The notes under the pieces are model-generated. The model saw only the letters and a list, made by a program, of their open reading frames with translations, did no database searches and was not told where the DNA came from. Shown here piece by piece: positions 1 to 13,562 of a stretch of 64,000 bases of DNA. Positions within the stretch are counted from its first letter, which is position 1; the number at the start of each line of letters is the position of its first letter. The position numbers were made by a program, and so were the translations under genes. The stretch comes from Camelus dromedarius. Taxonomy: Eukaryota. The stretch covers positions 26,724,001-26,788,000 of the forward strand of contig NC_087436.1 in the NCBI RefSeq assembly GCF_036321535.1, given 5' to 3'.

Positions 1-1090
1 ATAAACATTGGGATGTATATATCTTTTGAAATTAGTATTTTTGTTGTCTTTAGCTATACACTCAGGAATGGAATTGCTGGATGTTGCAGTTCGGTTTTTA
101 GTTTTTTGTGGAACCTCCATGCTTTTTTCCACAGTGACTACACCAGTTTATGTTCCCATCAACAGTGTACAAGTGTTCCCTTTTGTGTCTGCCTTTTAAT
201 ATCAACATGTCTTTTAAGGTACAACCATCCTGGTTTTCCTGGGACTGTGCTGGTTTTAGAACGGCAAGTCCCACATATCAGGAAGCACCTCAGTCCAGGT
301 AAACTGGGACTGTTGGTCACCCTATTGTGTATCCATCCATGTTCTGCATGTCGTTACAGTTTGTTCCTTTAATTGCTGAGTAGTATTTTATTGCATCCAT
401 TTTCCTTTTGAGTGCCATCTGTCTTTATTTTTTCCTTTTCACAGCTGTGAATAAGCAGCTATGGACGTTCTTATATAAGTGTTTTTGTGGATAAATATTT
501 TTTATTCCTCTTGGAAAAAATACTTCAAAGTGAAATTTCTGGGTTAAAGCATAGATAATCTTTCACTTTATTAAAAAATACTGTGTTCAAATTGGTAGTA
601 CCACTTTATATTCTACCAGTATTGTATGACTGTCCCAGGTGTGCCATGTTCTTACCAAAATTTGGTATTGTCAGGTCTTTTAAAAAAAATTTCAGCGATT
701 CTGGCGGGTACATGGGTGGTATCTAGTGGTGTCTCAATACGGTTTCAATTTGCATTTCCCTGATGACCAACTATATAAAACATCTTTTCATATTGTTATT
801 GGCCGTTCACATACCCTCTTTTGAGAAGTGTCTGTTCAAGTTTTTTCCACTTTTAAAAATAATTAAAATATTTTTCTTTATCATTAAATTATATGAGTTT
901 ATATAAATTCTGAATATAATACTTTGCCAAATATGGTTTGCTGGTATTTCCCCAGATTGATGTGCCTAGACTTTCTTAATGATGTATTTTGATGAACAAA
1001 AGTTATTTTTTATTTTGATGAAGTGTATTTTGTCAAGCTTTGATTGTATGGTTATTTCTTTTTGTGGCCTAAGAAATCTTTGCCTACGAG
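1..1090 (-). mobile_element. Old L1 (L1M-type) ORF2 3' region fragments, interrupted by a hAT MITE
   Basis: Antisense L1 hallmarks such as 'ggaattgctgga', 'catcaacagtgtacaagtgttccc', 'tttgcatttccctgatga' and 'tttgagaagtgtctgttcaag'. Part of the homology repeats after the MITE, so there are probably two fragments. Confidence 0.85.
215..324 (+). mobile_element. MER81-like hAT-Blackjack non-autonomous DNA transposon
   Basis: About 110 bp with imperfect terminal inverted repeats (taaggtacaacc...ttggtcaccta). The internal 'cctgggactgtgctggttttag...cctcagtcc..aaactgggac' matches my recollection of MER81. Confidence 0.8.
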
Positions 1091-3154
1091 ATCTGCACTT
1101 TCTATACTCTTTCCAATGTTAAATAGTATTCCTCTCCTCATATGTATTTCTCAATGCCATGCCCATCTCTCCAGCAGTGCTCTGGGACACCTGATACAAT
1201 TTCTATAAAGAATATCAACTTTCAAAAATGTCCCCAGAATGGTTTTCTTTAGACAGCTTCTGATCTTAGATATGCTAAAATTACCAAGGGATGGAGTTAT
1301 TATGAGTCATGCTAACTTCTTGGAAAAGGGGAGAGGAAAGGGAATCTCTAGGAGAAAAAGAACCACATCAGTATCTCAGCAAATTGTCCTGACCTGTTAT
1401 TCCCCTTGAATATATTTGCATGTGGGAAAGAAAATGTATTTGCCATCACTCCATCCTGGTCTTTTACTTTATGGTGGTGTTTTACAATATTCCACCGCTT
1501 GACATGAAGTCATTTTGGCTCTGTGTCTCAGTCATCTGATCTTCGTCAGGCTCTCCACAACTAGCTGAACACATATTCTGCTTTGCCTAGAACAATCCTT
1601 GTTTATACATTTTGTTATATCAATCTATGTGGATTAGCTTTTACTATTTTAAACTTTTTTATCGTAATAATTGATATTAGCAATAATCTGGGATGAGTTT
1701 GGTGGATTGGTGCTTTGTCCATCCAAGGTTTTCCATGGTCTCAGCTGGTAACATATGAAATGACTGTGCATTATGCCAAGTTCTCATTTTAATATGTAGT
1801 CAAATATGAATAACTACCAGCAATATGCCTTCTCTTTTCCCAACTCTTGGCAGAATTAGCTAGCCCTTCTCTTTTAAGGACAACATGCTGATAAAATGAA
1901 TTACAAGGGGCATGTGTGGGTAGGGTTAATCAATTATTTCTGGCTATGACATAGTAGTATTAGATGTTACATCCTGCAATTTGATAAAACAGCCAGGTGT
2001 GCCATGGTTCATGACGAGGGCTTTAACATGCAAGATTCAGTCAGTGGTGTCAGTGGGAAATATAGTGCAATATTAATATCATTTGTCAATTATGCATAGG
2101 AAATCAAGGCTGATCAGAGTATAGAGAATAGCTTGAGTGCTCAACGGTTTACATTATATTGGTGTAAAATCTCACCATTTTATATTTTCTTTTGCTTCAT
2201 AACACATTAACATTTTTTCAATATACTCTTTTTAAATACTAATCTTCAAAGAAATGTTTAAGAGGTACTGATTTTCCATTTCTTAGAAATATTAATGTTT
2301 GAAGATGTATGTGTAATCTTCAAAATGAATGGAAAGCAAAGTCTCTTCACTGACTTGGAAACCAGAACAAAATCTTAGATGAGGCATTGACCACTACTTG
2401 AAAGTAACCTTCATTTTAGAGAACCAATGCCTAATGAAGACAATTTAACACATACAGCTGCAGAAAGTGCATTTACTTATTACTCTATAAACATGACTTT
2501 TATTTCAGGTTAAACTATCCCTCTAAAGTAGTGTTACTCATTTTCAAGTCCAAATTTTTTATGCAAATACTAAAAGTGAAGCATTATCTTTATTATGTCA
2601 GCTCTTTCAGGAGAAGACAAAAGATGCAAATATCAAATGATGTTCAGTTTATACCAGTGTCATCAGATGCTTCAAATAGACATAGTTTCAATCATGATTT
2701 GAGTTATCCACTTACCTCACAGAATCAAAGTAAAATATTTGGAATTTCATCCTATCAATATGTAACATGAAACTACTGTGGATGTGATTGCAAATTTAGT
2801 TAAGATATTCTAGATAGAAGATAAAATAATTTATTTTGTAGTATAATATAAATAATATACTTACGGTAAAATAAAGAAACATGGAGAAGAAACATACTTA
2901 GGATTGGTTGTGGTGTATACAAAACTCATATTAATATATTTCTAAACAAGCATTAGTCATGTACCACTAGTAATAAGAGCTATTATTAACAAAATGTATA
3001 TATAAAATATATAAACAAAATAGCTGAACTGTAATTTTTGTGTGAAATACAGCATCAAATGTAAAATGTACATTTCAGCATGATAGTCAAATGCTTTCTG
3101 TTTTTGTGACCAATCATTAATTTAGAAGGGTCTGAATCTTTATTACAGATAAAC

Positions 3155-3186
3155 TAAATAAATAAATAAATAAATACATAAATAAA
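3155..3186. repeat. (TAAA)n microsatellite
   Basis: Direct reading. Confidence 0.9.
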
Positions 3187-4612
3187 ACAAAATGAGAGAG
3201 TCCTACTACTATTATATTTGACATTTTGAAAACAATTCCAATAAATTTTGGCTTTATTTTATTCAAAACTATTTGGAAAGCTTTAATTTAATATTCAAAT
3301 AATGGAACAAAAAAAATTTCAATTTTGAAGACAGTGTTAATATGCAGTTATTAAAAGCAATGCTAGAGGAGCATATTAAACTACACAGCTGCAAGTGCAA
3401 GGGAGGAAGAAATAAATTGAGAGAAAAATATGTGTTGCAGTTTTTTTTTCTGGAATTTTATAAATTTGCCTTGGTAAATAACTTGCCAGAATGATTTTTT
3501 GATGAAGTTTCTATATTTAATTGATTAATATTTTATTGCAGAGTAGAATAAAATATGATTTAGAAAGGTTTTGGTTCTATAAACAAAATTTGTTAAGTTA
3601 TTCTAAAGAATCATAGGCATGTTACATGATAAACTTTATTGTAATACTATTTGTCCAAGAAAGCTACTCTGAAATGAGACAAAAACAATTTTATGTATCA
3701 AAATAATTTGTAAGAAATATGTAAATTTCAATATAAAAAAAATTGAGAATATCTTTTATTTTCAGAATTTTCTCTAAGCTTACCCGAGACTTCAGCTACT
3801 GGAGAGTGGATGAAGTTCCTGTAAAAATATAAGGTATAGAATGGGGTTTATTAAAATGGTCTAGAATATTAAATTTATTATTCATTAAGTATAACTTTGG
3901 AGAGATTGTAGGTAATTTTCACAAAATTAAAAAATAATAAAACTATATGAAAAGTATAAGTAACAACTTGTTAAATACAAACATGGTGGAGAACTTTCTA
4001 TTACAGGAATAATATCAGGAAAAATTTTCTAGTAAGTTATTTTAAATGGAAAAAAGATTTCATGTATATTTTGTATATTGGTAAATCATTTCACTTGTAA
4101 GAAATAATTTAAATAAACATATTTTGTATGTCTGTCAATAAAATACAACCTACTTACTGGCCAATAAATAAGTATGTCAAAAGTTAGTTATTAGTTACTC
4201 AATGAACACACTTTTCATCTCAAAAGCAACCACATTTGCCTGCTTCTATCTCATACAAAGCTTTTGGGGTAATAGTTTCCTTATGCTCTCCAAGAAAGAA
4301 AAAGTGAACTCTCTTCCTAATTTTGAGAGATAATGCTTCTTAGAGTATATTTCTCCTCCAGAAATGAGCTCAAGCATCCAAGGTTCTAAACATTGGACAG
4401 ACTTTACTCTGAGTTTACGTAGATTTTGTATGCACTTCTCAATCTTGAGATGAGCCTTAAGGTAATGAGCTTTGTGCAAATCCCATGTGGACAAGTAATG
4501 TGAATTGGGTTTTCAACTCCTCTCCATTTATGTCCACTTGGTGCCTCAAGTCATCATTTCCCCAGTCTCGGTTTCCATGGACAGGTTCCTGCCCATATTC
4601 TCAGGGCCAGCA

Positions 4613-5059
4613 ATATTCAAGAAAAAATTATTCTGACACCATTAAAACAGTGGGGAAGACTTCATTCAGAACAGCTGTGACAGACATCAGACTTCACAAA
4701 AGGGGAGAGCGATCAGGTTCTACTCAGAGTAAAGACAACTGTGACTTACAGCCAATGAGCAGAGTGAGGGGAATCAAGGGGATGGAAAATTAAACAGCAA
4801 AGACAGTGAGGATTCCTGGTAAACCAACTTAACCTAACCAAGGTCTTGTACATCCAATGTGGGGATAAGGAATTTGATCAGATAGTAAAGGTGATGAGAC
4901 ATCAAAGGTGCAGGTTCTCCCCTAAATAACTTAGCAGGAGTCTTGCTGACGCTGGGCTGGGCAGGCCAATGACGGAGTGGAGGCTAAGACTAAAGCTTAG
5001 TTGAGAAGTGGGCTCAGAGGAGTCTGACTAGGGTTTGGTGAAGGAGCAAATCTTTGTTA
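4613..5059 (-). mobile_element. MER67/MER31-group ERV1 solo LTR
   Basis: The reverse complement begins taacaaagatttgctccttcaccaaaccctagtcagactcctctgagcc, matching the recalled MER67 5' end. It contains gcaagactcctgctaagt and repeated gatgtc/ctatctgatc motifs. Confidence 0.75.
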
Positions 5060-7990
5060 GAGGTGACCTACATGTTGATGTTTCAGCATTTGATCTTCAT
5101 TTGACCATCCCCCTTTCAGATCCTGTCTGCTTGGGTGAGTTGACCAAGTGGGAAGCCACAGAGTCCAGTTCATTCACTAGCTGAAGCTTCTCTGGTTTCC
5201 TGACACCACCTCCTGGCCCGCATGTAGACTTCCTTGGCTTCTGATTAAGTGTATGAGACTGTTCCTGCTGACATCCTCTCTGAAATGTTAATTTTTCTTA
5301 AGAGAAACTACTGAGTGTGTTGATTTCTAAAAGTCTACAATAATTGCAGTATTAGCCAACCTCTGTCAATGTTACAGTCAATGTCTCAAGTGATGAGAAT
5401 GTTATAATGAAACATATATTACTCTCATATAGCTTACATCCTGTGGTAGGATATAAAAAATCAGTATGTAAGTAAATGCATTATTAAATGTTTGACACTG
5501 GAAAAAACAAGGAGGGAAAGAACACATTAAAGAACAGATCATACATGTTATTGATGCTTGCCAGAGCCCAAAACAAAACAGATACAAATCAATTAACTTT
5601 AAAATAGAAAATTATTTTCAGGATACTTTATTAGAGGTAGATATAACACAGTAAATAGTATATTCTCCTTTCCTAAGAAGTGATACATTTAAAAAACTGA
5701 ATATTTCAAATTAATGAGTTTATGATTCAAAAATATTCTAAAACTGATCATTATGATAGGTGCAAGAAATATTTCAAGATAACTATATACCTGCTCTATG
5801 TCTAATTAAAGCACTAAATAGTTATGTGCTGGTGGCCACATTTTTCAAAATCATGCAAAAAATTGTGTATTTTGCAATGCTCAAAATATAAATCAGTGAA
5901 AGAACACTATTTTCATCACTAAATGTTAAAATAGTAAACTAATATTTATTTTCACTGTTAAATATTGAAACCAGTGTGGCTTTTATGGAAGAATTTCAGC
6001 ATTTTAAATTAGAGTGATGAGAGACCTTTATTAGCAGCAATCTTCTCCAGGCAAAGAACTTCAGGATCATAATGACATGCCCTACAATCTGCCTCCAAGC
6101 AGTAGACTGCATTCCTGAAATGCTGTTTGATGAGGGTTGAGATAAGGACAAAAGACAGGCATGAAAAACAATCCTTCATGCTACTCCCCCATCAGATTTC
6201 TGGAAAACAATTGATTACGTCAACCAAATTTCTTCATTCCCTCTCTTTCCATGGTATGAATTGTTTTCTTTCCTCTTTCTTCCTTTCTCCTTCCCCTCTT
6301 TTTTTGGTTGTTGCTGTATAGCTTTTCAGAATGGAAAGACAAACATTTATAAGTGTTAAGATAAAATATATCTCCAACATTTTCCCCTTCTCAAATACAC
6401 GCCTTTCTTCTTTGCAGGTGTGTCTAAGATGTTAACATAACTTACAACTTTAACAGAATATTATGATGTGACATACAAGATCTCCCATGAAAGTGATATC
6501 CACTCTCTCTTACCTTTACCAGACCTCAGGTTTCAGTGAGATTAGCATTTACAATTTCCAGAGGTTTCACCCAAGGAGAGCACATAAATTGGAGGAGAAA
6601 GACCCCTGAAACAAATAAAGATTATTATTACTTTCAATCTTCATGGTATCTAAATGCAAATCTGTTCTTTGCAGAGTTTATAAATTCACTTACATTAAGG
6701 TATGAATAACTGATCAGTCTAAATTTTTGCTATCACCCAAAGTAACTACATTTAATAAGCCCAGAATTCTATCCAAAAATTATTTTTAGAACATTGAGCC
6801 ATTGATGAATAGGGTGAATGGATTTATGGTGCTTTTTTGTGGATTGTAAATAGGAGTCTTTTGGGGGCTTTTGAAATAACATTATGCACATACTTAACTA
6901 TTCATAATACTGACAGTGTGTAGAAATGGAACAATTGCTCTCCTAATGGAATTGGCACTGAGAAATACATTCCATATTAATATTTGTCTTTTATGTCAGT
7001 ATCTAATATTTTCTAGGTAACCATATTTGGATTTTTATTTTTGTATCTCCTTTTTTGGAAAATAAGTTTTGTTATGATATTTCTTTGAAATGTGTAACAG
7101 TCAAAGAAGAAATGAATCCTCAAATGTTAATAAATTTTATGCTTTCTATAGATTTTGATGTTTGTAGCATCCAGTTGCCTAAATTAAACAATTATATGTA
7201 TAAAGGCATCAAACAAAAATTATCCTGCCATTACTATTGATCATTGTTATAAGAAGTGAATTAGTATATCTTATGAAAATTGAGAAAATATTTCCATTTG
7301 ATTTCTTTTTCACTTTTAGTTAACGTTTAAGGTAATAGGAATACTTATTAAAATAAAAACCTATTTTATGTTACTATTTTCTATTTTTTAACTTATATGT
7401 AATGTGAAATAGAAATTTGAAGATATTTAAGCCAGATTACTTCTATTATTTCACTATTATTTTGGGAAATTTGATCATTTCTATCTTTAGGGTTTTGAAT
7501 GTGTAGGTAAGTTTCCCCCAAAGGCATAAAACAAATTTAATTTTAGAACAAATGGTCATGCCCTCATTTTTTGACACATTATGAATTTTCACAACTCATA
7601 TGACTACCAATCCAGTATTTCCAACTTCCAAATCCAAATCAGTAAGAGACCTATTGTTCTAACACAGGGAGTTCTGCCACCTCATAATAGGAAGTCAGCA
7701 AGAATGACCACTGTGGGCTGTCAGGAGATCTTGGTCAAGGTAATGGAAAGCAGCATCATCACAGTTAATTGTAATTTTGAAATTAAAAGAGTGAGGGCTG
7801 GTGTGGGTCCCAGGGTTGGTTAGATGGTGAGAAGATCTGAGATTCAGTGAGTGACATGGACACTTCCTTGATATCTGGCAGATTACAAAGCCGAGATCTG
7901 ATTTACAAGTGCTTTCTCCTTCTTCCTTCCTTTCTACCTGTCTATCCTTTCTGTTTTTTTCTTCCTATGCTGATACATTGCCTGTGATAC

Positions 7991-8606
7991 TGTCAGTGAT
8001 AAACACAGCTAGGCATTCCTTAAAGTGGTGAAGACAGATTTTGTTCAGTAACCGCTGACAAGAAGGGAAAGAGCTGAGCTCCGTGCCCACTTGTGCAGAG
8101 GTGACTGGAAACTTTGAAGGGGGAATGAGGGAGGGGAAGTTTGGGGCTCCGGAGACTTAGAGAGGAGAAAAAGTACAAAGATTGGTCGGCATAAATGTGA
8201 TTAGGCCAGCTGTGTCTGCAGGCTGTTAGTTAGCAAGTCGGGATTCTATCCTCCCACAGAGACAGGGAGATGGAGGCCTTCTTAATCATTACATTTCAAA
8301 GGACTAGTTCCCAGGACCTTGAGAGAGACGCTTCTGCATTGCAAGAGACATATTCAAAATTGCAAGCCATTTTTAGTGAATACTCTAAGAAAGGGAGGTC
8401 AGGGCTTATTATAAGAGTTGGCTAGAACAAATAGTAAAATAATAAAATTTCTGGGCACTGTTGGGCTTTCTCAGGCAGGTATTTCAGTGGGTGGGTAGTG
8501 GCGGGTCTGCAGTATCAACCTGGAGACCCAGCCTTTTGCTGCTAGAAGCCGTTCTAGAGTTTGGTCAAGTGTCTTAGTGCAAGGGTGTGGACAGAGTTAG
8601 TTAACA
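7991..8606 (-). mobile_element. ERV1 solo LTR of the MER31/MER67-related group
   Basis: TG...CA ends (tgtcagtga...ttaaca). It shares motifs with the LTR at 4613-5059 (aaagtggtgaagacagatttt, agagtttggtcaag) and is GC-richer than its flanks. Confidence 0.65.
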
Positions 8607-10494
8607 AAGTTCTCCAGTTTTCAATCTTTCTGGTTCCCTCATTCCAAATATAGAGGGGAGCAGATTCCCTAATTTCTGCATGTGTAATAAAGGAAAGGTG
8701 TTGACTGGAATTTTAGTAAGAAGTCAGAAAAGCCTGTTGTCGACAGGCTTATCCAAAGTTTGGTCTCATTTAATCACACATTTTCTCTCATACCCAAGCC
8801 TGACTCTTACCTGTGATTATAGTTACTAATCACTGCAGTCACTTACTTTCATGGTCTTTTCTTATCTATTTCAGTGAGTTACTTTTGGGGTAGTATTTTA
8901 CTTTTCAGCTTTTTAACTCACCATTAATGTAAGTGTATATGTGTGTGTTTTAACAATATAATTATGGATAATAATGTTAAGTCATAACAAATGACATATT
9001 GTTATATTAAAATTTGTGTTTAGAGTATTTTGTTTAAATTTTAATAATGATAAGTATAAAGCATAATAGACCAAAAGGAATAAATTAGAACATTATACAT
9101 GGAATTAATAGCCCTGCTTTCTTACTCTTGAAGATAATCAATCCAGTCACTTTGTCTATTCTAAAACTTAACTTTTGAAAACTATAAATGGAGTGAGTGC
9201 ATTGATTAGTCAAACTAGGTTTTATATGGGAAAAAATTCACTTATTTTGGTATTTTTTGTGATATTGATCTGTGACATCCATCCCAGGGGAAACTATTCT
9301 ATAGTTAAAGATCAGATAACATGGAAAAGAAATTTAATATTTAAAAATTAACTGGTGCTGACTGTGAGTTTTGGATTAGATTAGAGAACAACTTCTTGAC
9401 TATTAAATAGATCTCTGTCTAGGAGGCTTTTGCTTGCCTTGGGTGGCTAGAAGAGCTCTCCCCAAGTCAACCTTCCTTAACTGAGCACATTTTGCTCTCT
9501 TCCAGATGTCATCACACATCAGTTGCTGCTTCATATTTTTCCTCAACATTGGATCGTTTCTCACTTACTCAGCAACCTGTTCCAGATCTAGTCAGCAAAT
9601 CCATATCTGTCTTTCATCTGTTCACCACTTTATCCACTAATTATTTACTTTATGAAACATCATTACTCTGATTTGATGAGTGTGGCATCACTCATTATTG
9701 TATAGTTTTAATATAAGGATTATCTTCTGAGATTTCTATGCGAATCATTTAATAATGCATGCTATTTTCTAGCTGTATTCCTCATGGAAGAATGAATTCA
9801 TCCCTTTTAAAGCCTGATGACAAATTTGCTTTTAGGTAGGCTATGAGGCAGTGAAAACAATGTGAGTCAACATCATATGTAATGCCTCTGGTTCATTAGA
9901 ATTTAGCATTGTGAGTAGTATGACTATAAGTGCTCTATGCTGCTGTTTTACCATAGCTCATTATGTCTGAGAGTTTTACAAACTCATCTTTAATGTTATA
10001 CCAAGGATGAGTATAAAGTGCATCAATATTGCATGGTATTATAAAAAAACAAGGAGCAGAGATTAGTGTGTTAAACTAAGGCAGTTATAATTAGGGAGTT
10101 TGCTTTATAATCTAGATGACATCATTTAAACTACCATATTAATTTGCAAAACCCAAAATATAATTGTCTCTTTTCTAATGTAGATAAATATCATTATGTT
10201 CAATTCAATATCTTCTTAGTTGTTAATAAGTCATAAAATTAAAACATTCCCTGCATTTTTCTTCATTGTTCATCTTAAAATATTTCAATGTTATATCTTT
10301 GTGTAATCAGTTGTAAATGGTTATATGTCTACTGGATATAACAGATAAAGATACACTCATAAACATGGCTTTTAATTCATGCGTGAACTTCAGTATGAAT
10401 ACTTGACTCGTGTTACATAGACTGAACTAAGTTGTCAAGTGTCAGGGACTTCCCATTGGCTTGAAGTCATCTGTGTGTTATACCTGATTTATAA

Positions 10495-10983
10495 CAGTGG
10501 TTCTCAGTATTTTCAGAGGCCCTGTAGAAATTCTGAAACCCTTTTGTGGCTTAGTGAGGCCAAAACTAATAATTTCATTACAATGCCATGTTATTATTTG
10601 CCTTTTCTCACCCTCATTCTCTTACAACTACCTATTTCCAGATGCTCCATCATTTGTGATATCACAATGGTTTGAATGCGAAAGTGGAGATGAGACTTCA
10701 GCTGATTTTTTTAAGCCAGATATTGAAGATTTGAAAAGATATGAAGCCATGTCACTATTCTCATCTTTTTTATTGTCTAAGACATTGTAGTTATTTTTCA
10801 TTAACTTGTAAGAGGTTTATTGTTGTTGCTTTTAATGGGTTAACAAATAAGCGGTTTTAAATTTCTCAGTTTTAACTTCTAGTATAGTAAATATTAGCCA
10901 CATGAAGACAAGCTCCTTGGTGACTTCAACAGATTTTAAGAAACAAAAGAGCTCTTCAAACTAAAAAGTTTCAGAAAAGTTGA
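10495..10983 (+). mobile_element. Charlie1-derived hAT-Charlie deletion element
   Basis: Starts cagtggttctca, contains 'gaggccaaaactaataatttcat...tatttgcctttt..ctcattctct', and ends 'agctccttggtgacttcaacagattttaag...aaaaagtttcagaa', resembling both Charlie1 termini as recalled. Confidence 0.75.
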
Positions 10984-13454
10984 TCTAGAAGACAACCATG
11001 GAAACTGATTTTTTTAATGTTTCAATTTTCTTTCAATACCTAAAATATACTAATACGAATGATAACCATAACAACTGGCTCTGTATCTGTTTTACTAAAA
11101 CACATCTCTTTTATCTCATTAAATTTTTCTTTTACCTAGTAACTTTCAAATTGAGAAGTACTCATCTTGCAACTTTTGCATATGATTTAATTGCTATTCA
11201 CAGATATTTTTTCTTGCTTGTCGTATATTTGACTCAGACAGGAAGAACGTGGAATGTTTCTCATGGACTTGAGGTCTGTTCTGGAAGTTGAAAAAAGTAA
11301 ATCTAGTTTGTAGCAAATGTCTAACAGTCTGTTTCCACAGCCTCTGTGTCTATAAGGAAAATTATAATTCATTCTTTTCTGTAATATCAGTATTTCCATT
11401 ATTAAATATTTTCTTTTTAAAGAGTAAGAGATAGCTTTAATTTTTTCAAAGGTGCTTCTATTTAATAGGCAAACTACAAATAGACTGTATGGCATTAAAC
11501 GCAGAAAGTAACCTGATTAAATATTCTGATTATATTTTATAAGTTAAAATGTAAAATATTCACTATCAATTATTCATACATAACAGAAATACTTGCTACT
11601 CACACAAATACTATAAATGGCATGTTCCCAGGATCTTGAGTTTGAAAGCCATTAAATGAGCAATTTATTCTTCTGAAAACCTTCTATGGAATTTCATTTT
11701 TTACTGGCCCTTTCAAATCAGAATAGTAAATAATTCAAGAGGAATTGGTTATGAGAGATACAGAGTAAGTATGTTCACTTTATGTTTAAATAATTTCAAT
11801 TAAAATAGAGTTTATGGTCTTTAAACATGTTTAACGTTAAAAAAATCCTAGGTGAAACAAAGAAAAGACAGCTGGGTGTATGTATGATTAAATAGTTAGA
11901 ACAGTAGGTGTAGGAGACATCTGGAGTTTGTAAGTGATGCATGAATTCTTTTTTTGTGACATCCTCCACTGCCACTCTGGGGAGTTAGGAAAGTGTTGAG
12001 TACTACTGGTGGAAAAAAAAAAAGATGAAAATTGCATTTTATATGACTACCTCATTTGCTCACAATTTGATATTGTATCCTATGATGTAGGAATTTTGCT
12101 TGAGATAGAGAATGCTGGTTGATACAAATGAAACACAAAGAAGCATTTTATAAATCCTTATTGACTAGCTAAGTATAAAGTTATGTTGAACATATCATAA
12201 ACTAATATATATTAAGATCAAGTGTATATATGTGCTTATTAAACATTTAGGTACAGATTAAAACTGAACTCCAATGAGGTTAATTTTAAAGACTTGATCA
12301 TATTTCATTTTTTTCTGTCTTAAGTATGTAAAATGCTTAAGTGTGCTAACAATGATATAAATTTTCTTATGTGGCAATTTTACTTGTTTTTATAACAGTC
12401 ATGTCTTACATTTGAAAAATAAATATCCTAATAAGCTTTCTTGTAATACTCTTTTGATTTTCCTTATTCCAGCCACAATAGCTATATACTATCCCATAAG
12501 TAGAGGAATAAACAGAGAAAGACATTATAAAATACAACCGTTTCTATCATCTGTCTTGTATTGTCCCTGATAATTCTCTTTTAAGTAAATCAGATTACAG
12601 AAATTACATTTACATGTGGATCAGAAAAAAGACACAAATTTCTGACTTTACAGATGGTTGTTTTTCTTAATTATATGGATAACAGTTTAGAAATAACTAA
12701 TTGGTCATGCCTGACAAGTAATAGCAGTTTTTCCAAGATAAACAAATGTTCACATTTTTCATACTTAATCAGAGTCTCTATGTGCAAAAATGACCAAATG
12801 TATCATCTATTCTGAGCCTCCTGTGTTGTTTTGTAATAAACGACCATCTGTACTTTGATTTGACGGAGTTTGTCTGTGTGTGATGACCAGAGAATTTGAT
12901 TACATGGCAGATGGTTTTGGGAGAAGAACTTGTCTTTTTAGAAGTAAGCAGACAAGCACTTCTCAATATTTTGTCCATACTCTCCCGACTGGCATCTGCT
13001 ACTTTTGACGCAGAAGTAAGATCCAAGATACCAGTCAGCACCTTGATGTCATTCCCTTTGCTTTCCTAAATCATAATAAAATGTGAGGAAAAGCTTGTAC
13101 ATAGCATAGCTACTGTCACAGGCATGCACATATCAGAATGTCAGGCTTATTAATAAAGGAAACAAAAGTGTGCGTCCACGTTTGTGCCCTTGATGTTATT
13201 AACATGGAAACCCATGTCTGGCTCTGCCTCTCAGTCACCAGCTGACACTCTGCATTCTCCTAGGTATCTGAGTTGTCCCTGCTGCTTACCCTCTTGTCAG
13301 GCACTCTCCAATGCAATCAGAATCAGAAGCTGTTTAGTCAAATAAAAATGTATTCATTTAATAAAATAACATACACTTTTGCACAACATCTTGACATGTT
13401 TAAAACTAATTTATACAGTCCTTTCCTTTGAGCTTCCTAGTTATCTTATGCATG

Positions 13455-13562
13455 AAGTACAGACTTTATCACTACGTTTTACAAATAGCTGAGGCTTTGA
13501 GAGACTGAGTTACTTGCCAGAGGCCATTATTTATTAACTAGCAGAGCTGTAACTACAACTGA
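13455..13562. mobile_element. MIR fragment
   Basis: 'ttttacaaatagctgaggctttgagagactgagttacttgccagaggcc...agcagagctg' resembles the MIR core. Confidence 0.6.

Noticed and set aside
8..372. ORFs of 63 and 119 aa at the window start
   Set aside because: They span antisense L1 and MER81 sequence, so they are chance frames.
11187..11495. 102-aa minus-strand ORF with an acceptor-like site at 11350
   Set aside because: No recognisable protein, no convincing donor, and the length is within the chance range for this window.
13034..13050. TCAGCACC as a REST/RE1 site
   Set aside because: Only the left half-site is present, with no GGACAG partner at a plausible spacing.
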